A stretch of DNA of 64,000 nt from Alphaproteobacteria bacterium (GTDB taxonomy: Bacteria; Pseudomonadota; Alphaproteobacteria; UBA828). Numbering within the stretch: the stretch's first letter is position 1; every line of letters starts with the position of its first letter. The position numbers were made by a program, and so were the translations under genes. The DNA lies in contig CAXXMU010000006.1 in assembly GCA_963667785.2 (NCBI GenBank), positions 736,001-800,000 on the forward strand. The letters run 5' to 3'. The notes beneath the pieces are model-generated. The model worked only from the letters and a program-made list of their open reading frames with translations. It was not told the DNA's origin and searched no databases. Positions 59,428-64,000 of the stretch are shown piece after piece.

Positions 59428-60324
59428 GTCGTAGCGCGGCTGCCAGCCCCACTCGTCGCGGGCGGCGCTGTCGTCCATCGAATCCGGCCACGAGTCCGCG
59501 ATCGCCTGACGCAGCGGATCGACCTCGTAGTCGATCTCGAAGCCGGGCACGTGGCGGCGGATCTCGGCGGCAAGCTCGTCCGGCGTGAAGCTCATGGCCG
59601 TCACGTTGAAGGCGTTGCGGTGGCGGAGCCGCGCCGGATCGGCCGCCATCAGGTCGAGGATCGCGGCGACGGCATCCGGCATGTACATCATGTCGAGCCG
59701 CGAATCCGGGCGCAGGAAGCAGGTGTAGCGGCCCGCCTTCAGCGCCTCGTAGAAGATGTGGACCGCGTAGTCGGTGGTGCCGCCGCCGGGCAGCGCCACG
59801 TGCGAGATCAGGCCCGGCAGCCTGAGCCCCCGGGTGTCGAGCCCGAAGCGCGCGTGGTAGTAGTCGCCGAGCAGCTCGCCCGCGACCTTGGAGACACCGT
59901 AGATGGTGTTCGGCCGCTGGATCGTGTCCTGCGGCGTGTGCTGGAGCGGCGTGCCCGGCCCGAAGGCGCCGATGGAGCTCGGGAAGAACACCGCGCAGCC
60001 GTGGCGCCGCGCCACCTCCAGCGCGTTGGCGTAGCCGCCGAGATTGAGCGCCCAGGCGGCCTCCGGCTTCTCCTCGCCGAGCACCGAGAGAAACGCCGGC
60101 ATGTGGTAGATGGTACCGATCCCGTACCTGGCGACGACAGCCTCGATATCGCCTTCTTTGGTGCAGTCGACGATCTCGAAGGGGCCGCCGTCCATGACCG
60201 CCGGCACATCCCGCTGCCGCCAGCCGGAGGCGATGACGTTGTCGGCGCCGTGGCGCTCACGCAGCGCCGGCACCAGCTCGGCGCCGATCTGGCCGAGCGC
60301 GCCGGTGACGAGGATCTTGGCCAT
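59368..60324 (-). CDS. L-threonine 3-dehydrogenase-like extended SDR
   Basis: TGALGQIG, PSSIGAFG, RPNTIYGVSK, PGGGTTDYAV, RQAIADSWP. Confidence 0.87.
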   Translation of the reverse strand: MAKILVTGALGQIGAELVPALRERHGADNVIASGWRQRDVPAVMDGGPFEIVDCTKEGDIEAVVARYGIGTIYHMPAFLSVLGEEKPEAAWALNLGGYANALEVARRHGCAVFFPSSIGAFGPGTPLQHTPQDTIQRPNTIYGVSKVAGELLGDYYHARFGLDTRGLRLPGLISHVALPGGGTTDYAVHIFYEALKAGRYTCFLRPDSRLDMMYMPDAVAAILDLMAADPARLRHRNAFNVTAMSFTPDELAAEIRRHVPGFEIDYEVDPLRQAIADSWPDSMDDSAARDEWGWQPRYDLAAMTAEMIGTLRREQHLS

Positions 60325-60333
60325 GGCCCGAGG

Positions 60334-60362
60334 TTAGCCCGGATGTCTCGCCGGGGTCACGG
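60334..60362. repeat. Diverged solo family A' terminal repeat
   Basis: TTAGCCCGGATGTCTCGCCGGGGTCAC has 5 mismatches in 27 nt versus the family A end. Confidence 0.6.
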
Positions 60363-60386
60363 ACCGCGCGAAAGCGGGCGCGGAAC

Positions 60387-61385
60387 TCAGTAGAAGCGGT
60401 CGAAGAAGATGCGGCCGGGGGCGACCTTGCCGCTCCGCATGACGGGCCTGAGCACGGCGTCGATCAGCCCCGGCGGCCCGGCCATGTAGAAATCGCACTC
60501 GGCGACCTCCTCCAGCGCCGCGAGCGCCACGTCGCCGACCAGCCCGGTGGCGGCGCCGGGCGCGCCGTCGCGGACCGCGAGCGTGAGCGAGAGCCGGTCG
60601 TGCGCTGCCGCGAGCGCCTCCATCTCGTCCGCCATGAAGAGCTCGTCGGCGCCGTTCACGCCGAAGAAGAGCCGGATGGCCGGCGCGTCGGGCCGCGCCA
60701 GCGCCCCGCGCACGACCGAGAGGATGGGCGCGAGCCCGGAGCCGCCGGCGAGGCACACCATCTCGCGCTCGGGCGGCGTGCGCAGATAGGCCCGGCCATA
60801 GGGCCCCTCCAGGCTCAGCCCGTCGCCCGGGGCGAGCGCGTCGAACAGGTAGCGCGAGGCGTGGCCGCCCGGCTTCTCCTTGACGATGAAGTCCAGCGTC
60901 CCGGCGTCCGTGTTCGCCATCGAGTAGGCGCGCCGCTGGCCGCCCGGCACCTGGAGCAGCACGAACTGGCCGGGCAGGAAGGGCACCGGCCGCTCGGGCC
61001 GGCAGCGGATGAAGATGACGCCCGGCACCAGCCGCTCCAGCGCCTCGACGCCGGCGGCGAAGGGTGCCGGCACGGGCTCATCCCGCGCCCCCTCCACGTG
61101 GGCCGGGCGCACCTGGACCGTGCAGTCGCTCACCGGCCGCGCCTGGCAGCAGAGGATACGGTCGCCCTTGCGCCGGTCGCGCTCGTTGAGCCCCGTCGCC
61201 TCGGGCCAGAGCGGGTCCACCGCGCCGTTCAGGAGCGTGCCCTTGCAGGAGCTGCAGCTCCCGCTCGCGCACTCGTAGGGCATGGCGATGCCGGCGGCCA
61301 GCCCTGCGCGCAGGATGGTCTCGCCGGGGCCGCAGACGAAGCTCTCGCCCGACGGCTCGATCGTGATGGTGGCGGCCCCGGTCAC
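60387..61385 (-). CDS. 2Fe-2S ferredoxin:NAD(P)H reductase (multicomponent monooxygenase reductase type)
   Basis: PYECASGSCSSC...CCQ, RAYSMAN, EGPYG, AGGSGLAP, AGPPG, FDRFY. Confidence 0.87.
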   Translation of the reverse strand: MTGAATITIEPSGESFVCGPGETILRAGLAAGIAMPYECASGSCSSCKGTLLNGAVDPLWPEATGLNERDRRKGDRILCCQARPVSDCTVQVRPAHVEGARDEPVPAPFAAGVEALERLVPGVIFIRCRPERPVPFLPGQFVLLQVPGGQRRAYSMANTDAGTLDFIVKEKPGGHASRYLFDALAPGDGLSLEGPYGRAYLRTPPEREMVCLAGGSGLAPILSVVRGALARPDAPAIRLFFGVNGADELFMADEMEALAAAHDRLSLTLAVRDGAPGAATGLVGDVALAALEEVAECDFYMAGPPGLIDAVLRPVMRSGKVAPGRIFFDRFY

Positions 61386-61389
61386 GGCG

Positions 61390-62286
61390 CTACGGCGCCC
61401 GCGCCGGCAAATGCGCCCGGTACCAGTCCAGCGTCGCCGCCATGACCTCGCCGAAGGCAGGCTCGGCATAGACGTCGTAATGGCCGTAGCCCTTGAGCAC
61501 GACGAGCTTCTTCGGCTCGCCGGCATGGGCGTAGAGAGACCGCGATTCCTCCGGCGGCACCAGGCGGTCGTCCACGGTGGTGACGAGGAGCAGGGGACGC
61601 GGGGCGATCCTGCCCACCACCCAGTCCGCGTGGAAGGAGAGGGTCTCGTCGATGAAGGAGAGCGGCACCGTCGAGATCGCGTCGGGGTTCGCGGCCCGCG
61701 CCGCCGCCGAGAGCGCCGCCGAGGCCCGGTCCTGCAGCAGGATCTCGTCGCGCTCGGCGAGCGCGGACTCGCCGCCCGCCACCGCCCGCTCCCGATCCTC
61801 GCGGGCGCGCTCCAGCAGGTCGTGCCATTCGTCCGGCCGGCGCACGCTCCGCATCCAGCGCCGCCCGTCGCCGACGCCCACGACGCTGACCACGCAGCGC
61901 ACCCTCGTATCGAGCGCCGCCGCCCAGATCGCCGTCGCCCCGCCGTAGCTCGTGCCGTAGAGGCCGAGGCGGGCGCGATCGACCCCCGGCCGGGTCTCGA
62001 GGAAGGTGAGCGCCGCCCGCGTATCGGCGACACGGCCGAAGGGCGCGAGGCGCGCCGGGGGGCCCTCGCTCTGCCCCCAGCCCTTGTAGTCGAAGGCTAG
62101 CACCACGTAGCCGGCGTCGGTCAGCACCCGGGCGTTGTCCGGCAGATAGAGGCTCTTCACTCCGGTATAGCCGTGGCAGAGCAGGATGCCGGCCCGCGCC
62201 TCGCCCGCGCCCGCGTCGTCGGGCCGGTAGAGGTCGCCCGCGAGGCGGGTGCCCTCGCTGTAGAAGCTCACGCTCTCGCACTGCAT
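61390..62286 (-). CDS. Alpha/beta hydrolase
   Basis: CHGYTG, FDYKGWGQSEG, GTSYGG nucleophile, GHYDVY. Confidence 0.87.
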   Translation of the reverse strand: MQCESVSFYSEGTRLAGDLYRPDDAGAGEARAGILLCHGYTGVKSLYLPDNARVLTDAGYVVLAFDYKGWGQSEGPPARLAPFGRVADTRAALTFLETRPGVDRARLGLYGTSYGGATAIWAAALDTRVRCVVSVVGVGDGRRWMRSVRRPDEWHDLLERAREDRERAVAGGESALAERDEILLQDRASAALSAAARAANPDAISTVPLSFIDETLSFHADWVVGRIAPRPLLLVTTVDDRLVPPEESRSLYAHAGEPKKLVVLKGYGHYDVYAEPAFGEVMAATLDWYRAHLPARAP

Positions 62287-62354
62287 CGCGCCCGCCTGAT
62301 CTCACGGCACCGCGCGGTTGTCCACGAAAACCTGTGGATACAGTTTCATGTCCC

Positions 62355-62993
62355 TCATGCTGCCGGGGAAAAGTCCCCGGTAGCCGGGTCCATGGTCCAG
62401 AGCACGCCGTCCGCGATGTCGAACCAGGCGCCGTGCAGGAAGAGCCGGCCGCTCTCCACCAGGGTCGAGACGTACCGGAAGGTCCGCAGGTTCGCGACCG
62501 AGTGGCGGACCGACGCGCGTTCGAGCGCGGTCTGCCGGTCGCCGCCGGGAGAGCCGCCGGCCTGTTCGACCTCGTCGATGGCGGGCCCGAGCAGCGTCAT
62601 CCATTTGCCGACGAAATCGTCGGGCGAGAGCGGCTCCGCCGGTGGCTCCAGGGCCGCCCGGATGCCGCCGCAGCGGCCGTGGCCGAGCACCACGATGTGC
62701 TCGACCCCGAGACCCTGCACGGCGAACTCGAGCGCGGCCCAGATGCCGTGAAAACCTCCCTCCGGCTCGTAGGGCGGCACCAGGTTGGCGACATTGCGGA
62801 CCACGAAGAGCTCCCCCGGCGGGGCGCTGAAGATGGTCTCCGGCGCCACCCGGGAATCGCTGCAGCCGATGACCATGACCCGAGGCCGCTGCCCACGCGC
62901 GGCGAGTGCGCGGTAGCGCTCGCGCTCGCGGGCGTAGCGGCCGTCCCTGAACGAGCGGTAGCCGTCGAGGAGCGAGACGGGGAAATCGGTCAT
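62355..62993 (-). CDS. Beta-class carbonic anhydrase
   Basis: CSDSRV, PGELFVVRNVAN, GHGRCGG. Confidence 0.92.
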   Translation of the reverse strand: MTDFPVSLLDGYRSFRDGRYARERERYRALAARGQRPRVMVIGCSDSRVAPETIFSAPPGELFVVRNVANLVPPYEPEGGFHGIWAALEFAVQGLGVEHIVVLGHGRCGGIRAALEPPAEPLSPDDFVGKWMTLLGPAIDEVEQAGGSPGGDRQTALERASVRHSVANLRTFRYVSTLVESGRLFLHGAWFDIADGVLWTMDPATGDFSPAA

Positions 62994-63096
62994 CGGTCTC
63001 CAGCCATGCCTGCCGGCGCGCCGTCTGCAGCCCAGGGGCGCGCGTCGCCACAGGGCATATAAGCGATCTCGGCCGGGAGTTCGAGCCGTGCCGCCG

Positions 63097-63105
63097 TGCT
63101 ACAAT
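63097..63105 (+). promoter_or_regulatory. Extended -10 box upstream of uvrD
   Basis: TGCTACAAT (TGn + TACAAT) 26 nt before the ATG. Confidence 0.45.
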
Positions 63106-63131
63106 GAGCGACTCGTCCGGCGCCCCGGTCC

Positions 63132-64000
63132 ATGAACGATTCCGTCGATCCCCCGCTCAGCCCGCTTGCCGAGCTCGAGAGCCCGCCCCCGCCGGTGCCG
63201 CCGGCAGAAGCGCACGCCTATCTCGACGGCCTGAACCCGGAGCAGCGCCAGGCGGTGGAGGCCCTCGACGGCCCGCTGCTGGTGCTCGCCGGCGCCGGCA
63301 CCGGCAAGACCCGCGTGCTCACCACGCGCCTCGCCCACATCCTCGCCACCGGCCGCGCCCGGCCGGGGCAGGTGCTGGCGGTGACCTTCACCAACAAGGC
63401 GGCGCGCGAGATGATCGGGCGGGTGGAGCGGCTGATCGGGCGCTCCGCCGCCGGCCTCTGGCTCGGCACCTTCCACGCCGTCGCCGCCCGCATCCTGCGC
63501 CGCCATGCCGAGCTCGCGGGCCTCAAGCCGGACTTCACCATCCTCGATACCGACGACCAGGTGCGCCTGCTGAAGCAGCTCGTGCGGGCGGCCGACATCG
63601 ACGAGAAGCGCTGGCCGGCACGCACGCTCTCCATCATCATCCAGCGCTGGAAGGATCGCGGCCTGGCCGCGGACAAGGTGGCGGGCGCCGACGGCGCGGA
63701 CTTCGCGAACGGCCGCGCGCCCGCCCTCTATGCGGCCTATCAGGCGCGGCTCGGCGCCGTGAACGCCGTCGACTTCGGCGACCTGCTGCTGCACAACCTG
63801 ACCCTCTTCACCCGCCATCAGGACGTGCTGGCCGACTACCAGCGGCGCTTCCGCTACCTGCTGGTGGACGAGTATCAGGATACCAACGTCGCGCAGTATC
63901 TCTGGCTCAGGCTGCTGGCCCAGGCCCATCACGGCATCTGCTGCGTCGGCGACGACGACCAGTCGATCTACGGCTGGCGCGGCGCCGAGGTCGGCAACAT
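63132..64000 (+). CDS. uvrD: UvrD/PcrA superfamily 1 DNA helicase (5' part, runs off the window)
   Basis: [50 protein letters not shown]. Absent from the ORF track because it has no stop within the window. Confidence 0.9.
   Translation, partial: MNDSVDPPLSPLAELESPPPPVPPAEAHAYLDGLNPEQRQAVEALDGPLLVLAGAGTGKTRVLTTRLAHILATGRARPGQVLAVTFTNKAAREMIGRVERLIGRSAAGLWLGTFHAVAARILRRHAELAGLKPDFTILDTDDQVRLLKQLVRAADIDEKRWPARTLSIIIQRWKDRGLAADKVAGADGADFANGRAPALYAAYQARLGAVNAVDFGDLLLHNLTLFTRHQDVLADYQRRFRYLLVDEYQDTNVAQYLWLRLLAQAHHGICCVGDDDQSIYGWRGAEVGN

Overview
About 64 kb of a very GC-rich alphaproteobacterial chromosome (Rhodospirillales-like gene order; the taxonomy is inferred). The left part (1-23.7 kb) is mostly housekeeping: aapJQMP amino-acid ABC transporter, the lpoA-like/rsmI/yraN/BON/gshB cluster, tRNA-Gly(GCC), a DEAD-box helicase, hydrolases and an OmpA-family lipoprotein. 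The centre (about 23.7-58.3 kb) is a dense catabolic region that looks dedicated to amines. It holds three trimethylamine/histamine-dehydrogenase-family flavoenzymes with different active sites (one lacks the Tyr169/His172 pair), a dimethylglycine-dehydrogenase-like gene coupled to a choline-kinase-like gene, two glutamine-synthetase-like ligases, two GT1-fold proteins lacking the catalytic His, an acyl-CoA-dehydrogenase-fold protein lacking the catalytic Glu, three 2OG-Fe(II) dioxygenases, four cupins, a split Liv-type ABC transporter, an ATPase-less FtsH-type protease and SSADH. The right end carries YcbK-like, threonine-dehydrogenase-like, orphan reductase, hydrolase and carbonic anhydrase genes, then the start of uvrD. 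Overlaid on this are at least two families of small, highly structured, TA/CTAG-bounded palindromic elements (MITE-like). They sit on stop codons, one supplies a start codon, and several appear to form outward hybrid promoters. No CRISPR array, transposase, integrase or rRNA was seen. All family assignments come from motif recognition by eye, not database searches.
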